This document shows positions 55,176-64,000 of a stretch of DNA of 64,000 nucleotides, piece by piece (position 1 is the first letter of the stretch; every line of letters begins with the position of its first letter). Position numbers and translations under genes: made by a program. The DNA comes from a virus. Below the pieces are notes generated by a model. The model was given only the letters and a program-made list of their open reading frames with translations, ran no database searches and was not told the DNA's origin. The DNA lies in the IMG/VR virus record IMGVR_UViG_3300030390_001877, positions 1 to 64,000 of that record; one strand, given 5' to 3'.

Positions 55176-56633
55176 CTAGGTTATTGTGGAAACTGTTACT
55201 CTATCTAAAGAGAAGTTTGCTTCTTGTAAGCCGCTTATTCTAATAGGAGGGGAAGTTTTCAGCAATGGAGTAGGATCTTCTGGATTAACAGTACTCCCTA
55301 TAGTAACCACCACTTCTTCTAATCCTGTTATATTCTGGTACAAAGAAGCTTCTATTCTTCCTTGAATAACATCAACACCTACATCTAAACTATCTCCGTA
55401 AGCAACTACTTGTTCTGCTATAGCTATCTCTATATCTTCAGGAGAAAGTTCCTCCCCGTATAAAGAATACTGAACATTAGCATGGATATAAACATTGTTA
55501 ACTCTTGAGAAGCGAACTTCTTGATCCTCCCCTTGAGAATCCTTTACGGTATAACTACTATCACCTGAGGTCTTTATTCCAGCAGGTTTATTATCCCAAA
55601 TAGTGTTAGCTATAAGCTGAGAATCTCCCCCTTTAACAATGCACTTCAAACCCTTCTCATCAATACCTTGTACATTATTATACACTAGGGTATCATTCTC
55701 TATAACAATCGCTGTAGTGACTCCAGAGACTCTTAGAATAGCCGTTTTAATAGAATCTAAGGTAGCTTTACCAGTACTTCTACCTAACTTAACTCTTTCT
55801 CTTAGAACACCATCTGTCTCAACACCACTACCCCCTGTAATAGGCTCTCTGTTAGTTGCAGATAAGATAGTTGCATAATTAGGAAAGTTAACAACAGTGT
55901 TCTCTTGGAAAGAGTTATCTCCTAGTTCAGAGTAACGAACTTCTCCATAAGAAGTCATCTCAACTATAGAGAAGGGTTGTGCTGCTACTGTGTAAGCTAG
56001 TTTATCAGCTTGATCATCAGACACTATCTCTAAGAAAACTGTATCATCAATAACTTCAACAGTAGCAGTTACACCTAATGCTATATTACTGGTTATATAG
56101 TCTGCTAACTCTTGAACACCTGCTGTACTTGGATTAGTAGCGGTTGCTGTGAAAGCGTCTCCTTCTACAAGAAGATATGGTTGTTCTAAAGAAGGGTTAT
56201 TTAAAGGAGTAGATAATTTTATTCTTGTAAGAGAAGATGGTTTTATTACGATGATACTATCATTTGTAAAAACATTACCGTTGTTATCCGAGAATTCCTC
56301 TCCCTCAAGTATTGACGTTACACTATCGACTGTTATATACTCAAACCCTCTAGAATAACTTCCTGCTGAGCGAGTTATACCAAAGAAAGAAGCTAGGTTG
56401 TCCAGCCAGATACCTTCAGCTTTATCTAAATCAAACATTGTTTGTAGAGTTTGAGTGTTACTCCAAGATTGAGCTATTGGGAGAGTGATCAGGTTTGTTA
56501 TCAATTTTTCTACGGTGTCAGGGTAACGATCAATATCAATACCCAAATCTGTTTCGAAACGTTGCTTTATTTCAGCAAATATTTCTTCGTATCGTTTGGC
56601 TTTAAAACCCGTTGGGGTAACTCCATATGCCAT
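55176..56633 (-). CDS. baseplate J-like wedge protein
   Basis: AEG.WLDNLA..GITR, G.GVETD..LRER, I..AI..VSGV. Confidence 0.85.
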   Translation of the reverse strand: MAYGVTPTGFKAKRYEEIFAEIKQRFETDLGIDIDRYPDTVEKLITNLITLPIAQSWSNTQTLQTMFDLDKAEGIWLDNLASFFGITRSAGSYSRGFEYITVDSVTSILEGEEFSDNNGNVFTNDSIIVIKPSSLTRIKLSTPLNNPSLEQPYLLVEGDAFTATATNPSTAGVQELADYITSNIALGVTATVEVIDDTVFLEIVSDDQADKLAYTVAAQPFSIVEMTSYGEVRYSELGDNSFQENTVVNFPNYATILSATNREPITGGSGVETDGVLRERVKLGRSTGKATLDSIKTAILRVSGVTTAIVIENDTLVYNNVQGIDEKGLKCIVKGGDSQLIANTIWDNKPAGIKTSGDSSYTVKDSQGEDQEVRFSRVNNVYIHANVQYSLYGEELSPEDIEIAIAEQVVAYGDSLDVGVDVIQGRIEASLYQNITGLEEVVVTIGSTVNPEDPTPLLKTSPPIRISGLQEANFSLDRVTVSTIT

Positions 56634-56634
56634 C

Positions 56635-56997
56635 TTAAATCTCCACTAAAATATTATTTATTATTTTTCCACTTTTCACTTTAACAGAGAATAAAACTTT
56701 CAACACTCTTTCTGGTGTAACAATACTTTCATAAGATAACAAACTTTGAACGTTCTCTGTTGCAAGTATTGTACTCTTTAAGTTGGCATCCGCAGCAGCT
56801 TTAGTATTTTTACCGAAGATTTCTTGAACATAAGGAACACCATAGTCAATATCTCGAAACCACTCTCCTTTAAAAACAAGGAGTCTTATTTTAATAAGTT
56901 GTACTGTTGCATCTTCTTCTGTTTCAAAAAGTGTTAATCCGTTATTTGAAATTTCTAAATCATGTGTTAAACTATTCAACACTATTCCTGTATCCAT
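56635..56997 (-). CDS. baseplate wedge subunit (gp46/W-like)
   Basis: IKIRLL.FKGEWF.D..YGVPY. Confidence 0.75.
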   Translation of the reverse strand: MDTGIVLNSLTHDLEISNNGLTLFETEEDATVQLIKIRLLVFKGEWFRDIDYGVPYVQEIFGKNTKAAADANLKSTILATENVQSLLSYESIVTPERVLKVLFSVKVKSGKIINNILVEI

Positions 56998-57176
56998 TAA
57001 GTTATCTCTCCTGTTGAAAGATTAACCTCTGCGGAAGTAGTGATATGTGTTATGATTGCTTCGGCAAAAGCAGTGTATGTGTCATCTGGGGATTTTTCCC
57101 CGTTCTGGTATGTGTCTCTAATAGCTTCCATATTAACTTTAATAATGTTGGCTAAGACTGTTGAGTCCATAGGCAT
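56997..57176 (-). CDS. small structural-region protein (59 aa, not in track)
   Basis: MPMDSTVLANIIK...; TAATG coupling to the next gene. Confidence 0.65.
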   Translation of the reverse strand: MPMDSTVLANIIKVNMEAIRDTYQNGEKSPDDTYTAFAEAIITHITTSAEVNLSTGEIT

Positions 57177-57183
57177 ATGAATA

Positions 57184-57897
57184 TTATCCTTTTAATGTAT
57201 CGAGTCTTGACTTAAGAGATGCTATCTGAGAGGCATCGTTAAGAGGTTGAGGCCCGATCATTGTATTAGTTGTTGTGGAAGACAATACCCCCATTAGGTC
57301 ACTAATTAAGGATATCAACTCTTCTGAGGAATTCTGTATCTTTATTGTAGAAGCTGTTATGACTTCAATTTTACCGTTCGACAGTTGTTTAATCTCACTC
57401 CCAGATTCACTCTTTATAGAGATGCTTTTATCTGATCCAAGAGTGATTGAATTAAGTTTACCAGAAGCATCCTCGAAACGTATCTGTACGTCTTCTGTAG
57501 AGGCTTCTAAGGAGTTTCCTTTACTTCTTAACCCAACTATACCAACAGCATCGTTGTAGTCGTGATAACGTACTGTAGAAGGTATTCCTGCCTTACCAGT
57601 ATCCCATACCTCGTCAGTATCATTTTGGAAAAACAACACTAACACTTCATCATCTGGTTTTATTGGGAAGGTGATACACCCACCTCCTGAAGCAGGAAAC
57701 ACTATAGGTACGTGGTCTATATCTGGAAGAGGTTGGTTTGCTCCATCTGAGTAAGCTCTATAGACCAGAGGTGTTACTGTTGCCGTCTGTGTTGATGAAT
57801 CAAATGTTTTAATCTTTGCAAAGACACATGTATTAAGCTGAGTCTCGAAATTATCAACATAAGATTTTATTATAGACGGAAGATCCATTACTGGCAT
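57184..57897 (-). CDS. baseplate central spike (gp138/gpV-like)
   Basis: TATVTPL..LP.I.HVPIVFP.SGGG.ITFPIK..DEVLVLF. Confidence 0.8.
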   Translation of the reverse strand: MPVMDLPSIIKSYVDNFETQLNTCVFAKIKTFDSSTQTATVTPLVYRAYSDGANQPLPDIDHVPIVFPASGGGCITFPIKPDDEVLVLFFQNDTDEVWDTGKAGIPSTVRYHDYNDAVGIVGLRSKGNSLEASTEDVQIRFEDASGKLNSITLGSDKSISIKSESGSEIKQLSNGKIEVITASTIKIQNSSEELISLISDLMGVLSSTTTNTMIGPQPLNDASQIASLKSRLDTLKG

Positions 57898-57978
57898 ATT
57901 ATACTCTCCTCCTGTTCATTATTCTTATTTGGTATGTTATATTATAGCCTGAAAACACATTTTAGTCAAAGTAGACAG

Positions 57979-58974
57979 TTAGCTAGAAACTTCTTTGCAC
58001 TCAATAACTGTTGTCCAACCACCATTCCTATAATCCAGCGTGTGAGATTTAGAAATAATCTTGTAGTTTCCTTGGTAAGTTCCATCCAAGATTTCAATAC
58101 GCTTATCTGTATCAAGCCTTCCATCTAAGAAGGTTGTTATCTTGACGCCTCTGTCACCTTTCCCAGTAGAAGTATTTCCTACTTGAGAACCTGTTCTTCT
58201 AATAGATTTAATCTGATCAGTAGTGAATTGATAAGATTCTATTGTACGGGTAAAACCTTTTGGATGAACAAACAATCTTCCGTTAGTGATGTAATTCACA
58301 TAACCTAAACTTTCACAAACATTATCCATTATTTGACGAAGAAACCCTACTGCTGAAAATCCTTTCTTTAATACTGTTTCTCTTGGTGTACGTAATTGAA
58401 CATATGTTTGTCTGAACTCAATAATACTTTCTAATTCAAGTTGTGCTGTTGGAATACCATTCCTTGCATACTCATTTGCTAAGTCAATAAGGACATCTGC
58501 GTAAGTAAGTCCTGCTGCAAACTTCTTAGCTATCCTAACAGCGTTTGTTGGAGTGTAACCCTCCTTGCATTTAAGAGTGGTTACTAAGTTTTCACCTTCT
58601 TTGTCAGTGGCGTATTCAAAAACTTGCCCAGAGAATATCATTGCAAGTTCATCATCTTGGGCATAGCCTGCTGATAATATAATGTAGTTATTCTCTTGAG
58701 ATATAATAGAAAGAGTTTCTTCTGAAAGGTTTAATATTTTAACAACACACCCTGCTTGACTACTACTTGAAGCACTCCCTGTGACAGTAGCCATCATCTG
58801 TAAATCAGTTATTTCAATAGCACTGCCATCTTCTAAACGATAATCTGTTACATATTCAGCTCTTTCTGTAACATTAATAGTGTCTAGATTAATAGTGGTA
58901 TCTTGTCCAGTGTAGATGATTGTTTTAGGTTTACCTATGATCAGGGAATATTTTCTATCGTAAAGTAAACTCAT
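57979..58974 (-). CDS. baseplate hub protein
   Basis: I.NL.....I.LSAGY...L..IFSG; synteny. Confidence 0.7.
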   Translation of the reverse strand: MSLLYDRKYSLIIGKPKTIIYTGQDTTINLDTINVTERAEYVTDYRLEDGSAIEITDLQMMATVTGSASSSSQAGCVVKILNLSEETLSIISQENNYIILSAGYAQDDELAMIFSGQVFEYATDKEGENLVTTLKCKEGYTPTNAVRIAKKFAAGLTYADVLIDLANEYARNGIPTAQLELESIIEFRQTYVQLRTPRETVLKKGFSAVGFLRQIMDNVCESLGYVNYITNGRLFVHPKGFTRTIESYQFTTDQIKSIRRTGSQVGNTSTGKGDRGVKITTFLDGRLDTDKRIEILDGTYQGNYKIISKSHTLDYRNGGWTTVIECKEVSS

Positions 58975-58975
58975 A

Positions 58976-59344
58976 TTATTTTAATCCTTCTGAAACCATC
59001 TCTTCATTGGAGAAATACCACAGTTGAAACTGTTTCCCTGTCCCAAAGTTGTCTCTTTTTATAGCGGCTGTTGTATCCTTAACATTGATACACCAGATAT
59101 CCCCTCCTAAGAGTGTGTTTAAACTAAGGTAACGAGAGGTAAGATTCTGAATAGGAACCACTTTCACACCAGAAATAATATCGTTGAATTGGCGATCCTG
59201 TATATCAAGATACCAAGCCCCTTCTCCGTCCCTATTAACATCATCAGAAGAGTTATAAGCTATTGTAAGATTCAACACTGTACCGTTAAGTACAATTTCT
59301 TTTCCTTGATAAGCATTCTCATCTATTTTAATTTGTATTGCCAT
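58976..59344 (-). CDS. small baseplate protein
   Basis: start re-called at ATG 59344 (MAIQIKID); synteny. Confidence 0.65.
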   Translation of the reverse strand: MAIQIKIDENAYQGKEIVLNGTVLNLTIAYNSSDDVNRDGEGAWYLDIQDRQFNDIISGVKVVPIQNLTSRYLSLNTLLGGDIWCINVKDTTAAIKRDNFGTGKQFQLWYFSNEEMVSEGLK

Positions 59345-59909
59345 CTTCACTCTCTCCTGTAAAGTAACCAAAAACATTAGAGATACTTCTAGTAAGTTCC
59401 TCTCCTTCCACAACTTTAGTAGTTTGGTTACCAGAGTTCTTCTTACCAGCTAAGTCATCTGAAACAGATTCTTTAGGTTGAGGTATCTCTACTATACGTG
59501 CTCTATCTGAAATAAGTATTTCTTGCATTCTAAAAGAACATCCCCATCCAGATAATCCGTGAGATTTATTCTTAGTTATATCAAAAGACACCATTAAACA
59601 ATTAGGAATAATATTCAAACTATCAACATGAACATTTAAAAGCTGTTTACTTACCCTGAGTTGTCTGATATCCTCTATCCATTGGTCAACATCTTTCCTA
59701 CGGGATTCATCTTGCCCAATAACTTTTATATTAGTGATAACTCCTGTGAAAGTTACAACCCTAGGTTCAATAACAAAATTATCTGTGATAGACTTACCAC
59801 TTTCTACAGGAGATGTTGTTGCTCTGGCTGGTTCTGAAACAGTTATATCTGTAGTGGAAGATAACTCGTAAAAGTTACCCTCCTGATCTGTAAAGTAGAA
59901 CACACTCAT
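59328..59909 (-). CDS. tail tube initiator / Dit-like baseplate protein
   Basis: T.SPVESG..ITD.FV.EP...TFTGVI; follows tape measure. Confidence 0.7.
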   Translation of the reverse strand: MSVFYFTDQEGNFYELSSTTDITVSEPARATTSPVESGKSITDNFVIEPRVVTFTGVITNIKVIGQDESRRKDVDQWIEDIRQLRVSKQLLNVHVDSLNIIPNCLMVSFDITKNKSHGLSGWGCSFRMQEILISDRARIVEIPQPKESVSDDLAGKKNSGNQTTKVVEGEELTRSISNVFGYFTGESEDGNTN

Positions 59910-59923
59910 TAAAAGTATCCTTA

Positions 59924-62900
59924 TTATTTAGTTGTGGATAATCCAGAGGTAGCCCCTACATATCCTATCAGTTGTTTCATCTCGTCTGCGGAAGAGTTGT
60001 TGAAAATATAGGTGTTTCCCCCTTGTTGTTGATTACTTGTAGAAGGATTACCATCAGAGAACATATAGTTATAAGCTCCTTTCAGAGTAGGATATGCTGT
60101 CAAGTTTAATAATGAAGCTGAGTCTCTTTGTGATGAGAGGATATTCCCTAAGAAAGAGTTTTCATCTAAACCAAATAATTGACTTGTTTTACCTGCTCTA
60201 AGCTTTCCTTCTTTATCCTGAGTAAACCCTGATGTGGTCATTTCCCTGAGGTTAACCTGCATACCTGCACTTTCTTCTATATTACCCACAATCTTATCCG
60301 AGAAAAGAGATACTAATTCTTCTGCTGCTGCTAAGGCTAGTGTGATTGGAAGGAATGCTTTTGCTAAAGCTGCGTTAGTGGATAAAGCTACTATACCCAT
60401 AGTCTTACCAAAGGCTAGAAGTTTACTTATCGCTAAAGCTCCGAACAATAGTTCAAAGTTATCAATAGCAACTTTAATCACAGGTTCTATAAGCTTTAAA
60501 GAATAAGCAATCCCATTAAATACTGCTCCGAATATTTTACCCATCTTCTCAAGTTGTGGTCCTGAGGTTTTGAGTATTTGTGAAATTGTTTTGTAAAGAT
60601 TAGATAATCCTTCTGAGAAACCTGATTTGAAGATAGTATCTCCTGCACGCTGGGTTTCTGTGATCATCTGACCTTCTGTAACACGTAATCCTTGAAGAGC
60701 CTTATCGAAAGCGCCACCTTCTAGAGCTGCCTTTTTTAGTTCGGCGGCTACTTTAGGTAATACTTCTGAGGAAACAAGTTGACCCTGCTCCATCATCTTG
60801 AATAATTCTGCTTCTGAGACGTTTAGTGCTCTGCTGAACACCTGAACTGCACCTGGAAGGCTATCACCTAGCTGATTTTTGAGTTCCTCCAGTAAAGCTA
60901 ATAAAATCAATAACTTAGCTAAACACCTACACCTTCTCAGGGTAGCCTGATCATATCATAACCCTCGCCATTCTACGTTAGGGTTCCTGCCTTTTCTTCC
61001 TCTAAGAGGTTCTACTCTACTAACTTACCAAAGGTAGTCTACGCTACCTTATCCGCTTTCGATGATCGATGATCGTGAATCTACTTCTTACGTTTATTTA
61101 CTGTTATACTATATTGTTCCCATATGTGTTTCCAAGCATGTCCTGCACGTATCTTAGTGGCTTGCTGTCTACTGATTTCGTACTTTTCAACAGCTTCTTT
61201 AGGCATCATACCTTTCTCAAAATCTTTACAAACTTTGTGTACTAAATCTTCTGTTAAAACACTTCTACCATTCAAAGTACCTTTTAGTGCTGGTGTATTA
61301 CCGACTCTCCAAGACTCTTTAGTGTTGTGTTCGTGCGTACACCATTCCAGATTAGAGTAGTGGTTATTAGTCTTATCATGGTCAATATGATTAACACAAA
61401 CAACATAAGGGTAGTTTTCTGAACATAACTTTTTCAATTCTTCCGAAGGCTCTTCTAAAAAATACATTGCTACTAATCTGTGGACTTTTCTAGCAAATGT
61501 CTTACCATCTTTCTTAAATTGTACTTGGTAGTAACCCTGTTTATTTACAGGTACGTATTTCTTAGTTTTGGTTTTAATGTTCCTTATTAAACCTTCACAG
61601 TTTATTTCATACTTAGGAAATTCTTCTATAACTTTAAACATAAATATAACCCTTATTCTATTAAAAGGTTATTGTAGATCATTCGAGGCTGATTGTCAAT
61701 ATTTTCAGAATTTTTAGGGTTCGCTACTATGTCACCATGTAGTATCCTATCTGAAATCTAACTTGAGTTCCCAGCAGTTAAACAGGTTATTCGATAACAG
61801 TTTCCTGTTAAAGGGCCAAAGAACTTTTAGCCATTACCTTCCCTTTTGACATCCAATCTCTTCGAGTAAGTACGTTAACCCTTACTCCGCAAGTTCCTTA
61901 TTGCAGCTCTATATCACTATAGAAGTTGAGACTATATCTTCACCCTTACCGTTACGTATTAGGGGTTGTGCGCTTCCACTCACTTGAGTGTACAGGTTTC
62001 ATAATCCCAGAAGGATCGTTTACCTTAGTCGTTACACCTTGATAAGAATTACTTCCTACCCTTGGCTCGGTATTGTCTACTTGAGAGTTCCACCGAATTC
62101 ACACAATTTGTTCATGCTTATTACTAAGCAGCCAGACAATAATCGTCTATCTGGATCAAAGCTTTCTGACTTCGCTTCATGCTTTCGTCATCTACTTTCA
62201 ATGATGTACCAAACATACTCAATCCTGTGAATATATCTTCTTGCTGATCTTGAGAAATCTTACCTTTTGCAGCAAATTTGAACTTTACCCAAGCATCAGT
62301 TGTATCTTTTAAACTAAGTCCCATCTTATCAACAATACTATTGATAAAAAGCATATCTGTTGCTGCGGCATCAGCACTACCAGCAGCAGCTAGCATAGAT
62401 GCATCGATCCCTTGAAATGTCTGCCCAACACGTTTAATAGCAACAGTCCCTTCAAACAAAGCAAACAAACTTGCATAAGAACGGATCATATTACGAGTAG
62501 AGTCATTTAATCCTCCCTGAACAACATTCAATCCCATCATATTACGTTTTAAAGATTTAGTCTCTCTGTTAACAGATCTCATCTCAGAAGCTAGACGAGT
62601 CATTGCAGCAGTGTCACCTACTCTAACAGCATCTCCAAATCTTTTATCATAAGAAGACATATCCTTTCCAGAAGATTTCATGTTCTGATAATAAGCTGTA
62701 CTTTGGAAACGTGCTATCTTGTTTGCAAAAGCTTGTTGACGTTTAGTAGCAGCCTTGGCAAGCTTATCCTGCTGTGCGTAGAAGTCTTTCATCTTCTTGA
62801 GTTCTTCATCTTGGGCAGTCATCTTCTTGACGTGTTGCTTCATGAAAGCATTATTAACTTCTTCACTAGAAGATTTTATTTTAGCATTATTCCTAAGTTT

Positions 62901-63317
62901 TATTTTAAGAAGATCTTGCTCTCGTTTGTTTTCCTTTTTAAAACGTTCTTCTACATTAGCTTTTAAAGCAGCTTCCACCCTATTAAAGTCCGATACCTTA
63001 GCAGAAGCTACATCCCTCCCAGCTTGCTTACTTTGCTTGTAAACTTTTAACCTTTCTTGTAAAGATTTCCTGCCGTTAGAAATTTCCTTATCTCTCGCAG
63101 CTTTGTCTTCTTTAATACGTTTGTTGATGATGTACTTTTGGTAATTAGCCGTCCCTTTAAGATCTTTCCTTTTAGACCTCTCAATCTTACCAGACCTTTT
63201 TACAGCCCTCATCCCCATGGAATCCAGCATCTTATCGATTTCTTTAGCTTGTTTACCAACTCCTTTAGTATTCAAGTCTATATCAATAAAAAACTGTTCA
63301 ATCATATTATCTGCCAT
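59924..63317 (-). CDS. tape measure protein; join 63317-62149, 61853-61829, 60889-59924 (719 aa)
   Basis: splicing restores ALIQ-MMSKGKVMA-EELKNQLGDSLPG, the tape-measure N-terminal domain motif. Confidence 0.9.
60890..61828 (-). ncRNA. group I intron 2 of tape measure (939 nt, carries HNH ORF)
   Basis: P1 GGCU/GGCC, P10 GUUCUUU/GAGGAAC, P AACUGCUGGGAA, P7 GAUCA/UGAUC, terminal G. Confidence 0.88.
61081..61641 (-). CDS. intron-encoded HNH homing endonuclease (NUMOD4-HNH, I-HmuI-like)
   Basis: EEFPKYEIN.EG.IRN; VHRLVA..F; VNHIDHDKTNN..SNLEWCT..N. Confidence 0.9.
   Translation of the reverse strand: MFKVIEEFPKYEINCEGLIRNIKTKTKKYVPVNKQGYYQVQFKKDGKTFARKVHRLVAMYFLEEPSEELKKLCSENYPYVVCVNHIDHDKTNNHYSNLEWCTHEHNTKESWRVGNTPALKGTLNGRSVLTEDLVHKVCKDFEKGMMPKEAVEKYEISRQQATKIRAGHAWKHIWEQYSITVNKRKK
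61854..62148 (-). ncRNA. group I intron 1 of tape measure (295 nt, no ORF)
   Basis: P1 CCAGAU/GUCUGG, P GAAUUCGGUGGAA, Q AAUACCGAG, R GUGUAACGACUA, S AAGAUAUAGUCU, terminal G. Confidence 0.92.
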
Positions 63318-63359
63318 AAAATGTTCCTCTTATCAGATAATCTTTCTAAAAGAGCCTGA

Positions 63360-63656
63360 TTATTTAGGCTCATTATCTTTGTAACTTGCCATAGAATAAT
63401 CTACATCAAGATACATCTCTTCTTCAAAATATAAAAACTCCTCTACAGAATATTTCTCTAACAAAGTGTGATAAGGAATACCGTAATTCTTAAAAGTATA
63501 CTTACCAACAGCTCTCCATTTCAATTCTATAGGATTATCTTTGAGTGAGTAGCTTTCTTCCCTAGCTCTATCTACTCTTCTTCTATATCTGTCCTTCCCA
63601 TCATTTTGTGGAATCCATCCGTCACTGATTGGAAGATATCGCTTTCTGTAAAAAAA
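63360..63656 (-). CDS. -1 frameshift extension of tail assembly chaperone (gpGT-like)
   Basis: slippery GG-T-TTT-TTT at 63650-63656; -1 frame open for about 97 codons to TAA 63360. Confidence 0.75.
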   Translation of the reverse strand, partial: FFYRKRYLPISDGWIPQNDGKDRYRRRVDRAREESYSLKDNPIELKWRAVGKYTFKNYGIPYHTLLEKYSVEEFLYFEEEMYLDVDYSMASYKDNEPK

Positions 63657-64000
63657 CCTTTGAAGTTTACCTCCAATGCAAACATGATTAATGTCTGGTA
63701 AGAGTGAATACTTCCTGCAAAATCTCTCTCTACATCTAAAGGTTGTCCATCTACTTGAGCACCTACTAACATTTCATCAATAAGAGCCTCCATATCTGGT
63801 GTACGTAATTTGCTTGAAACAATCGTAAGTATTTCTCGGAAAGTATTTTGTTTCTCAAACATTATAGCTTCATCAACATTACGTGAATCAATAACTTCAC
63901 CAAAGATAGGACCAACCATTTCTAAAAGAAGTGTCCATCCTCTCCAACCAGCTTTTACACCTAGAGGTTTTATTGTGAAGGTTTTATTGTTGATGATTTT
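63572..64000 (-). CDS. tail assembly chaperone (gpG-like), 5' end outside window
   Basis: frame open to the window edge; directly upstream of tape measure. Confidence 0.75.
   Translation of the reverse strand, partial: KIINNKTFTIKPLGVKAGWRGWTLLLEMVGPIFGEVIDSRNVDEAIMFEKQNTFREILTIVSSKLRTPDMEALIDEMLVGAQVDGQPLDVERDFAGSIHSYQTLIMFALEVNFKGFFTESDIFQSVTDGFHKMMGRTDIEEE

Noticed and set aside
59924-63317. Two separate tail genes or a frameshifted tape measure
   Set aside because: Explained by two group I introns and a micro-exon that restore a continuous frame.
1-64000. CRISPR array or cas genes (ICP1-like phages can carry them)
   Set aside because: No regularly spaced 28-37 bp repeats with unique spacers were seen. 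The 7003-7716 repeats are 15 bp and separated by whole genes.

Overview
A 64-kb segment of an AT-rich lytic myovirus genome. The contractile-tail baseplate, T7-type primase-helicase, family A polymerase and sigma70 promoters resemble ICP1/rV5-type phages of Gammaproteobacteria, but the taxon is an inference. Layout: (1) 1-3.8 kb, + strand small genes and an orphan DNA methyltransferase; (2) an SF2 helicase-like gene next to a 1.7-kb non-coding region with repeats and matS-like palindromes; (3) 7-15.4 kb, a - strand promoter-dense early-type region with repeated RBS cassettes, a tRNA-like element and an antisense-oriented sRNA candidate carrying a Fur box; (4) 16.4-33.5 kb, a - strand accessory block (nucleotidyltransferase-like, 2OG-Fe(II) oxygenase-like, a second minimal PolA-superfamily polymerase, mini GIY-YIG, terminase-like ATPase, GHKL ATPase, secreted transglycosylase); (5) 33.6-54.2 kb, a + strand replication block (IS607-like tnpB element, intein-containing primase-helicase, intron-split DNA polymerase with an adjacent free-standing HNH-AP2 gene, SSB-like protein, T5orf172 nuclease); (6) 54.3-64 kb, - strand baseplate genes, a tape measure gene split by two group I introns around a 25-nt micro-exon, and a tail chaperone with a -1 frameshift site. 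No CRISPR array, rRNA or canonical tRNA was seen. All family calls come from motif recognition by eye; no database search was run.
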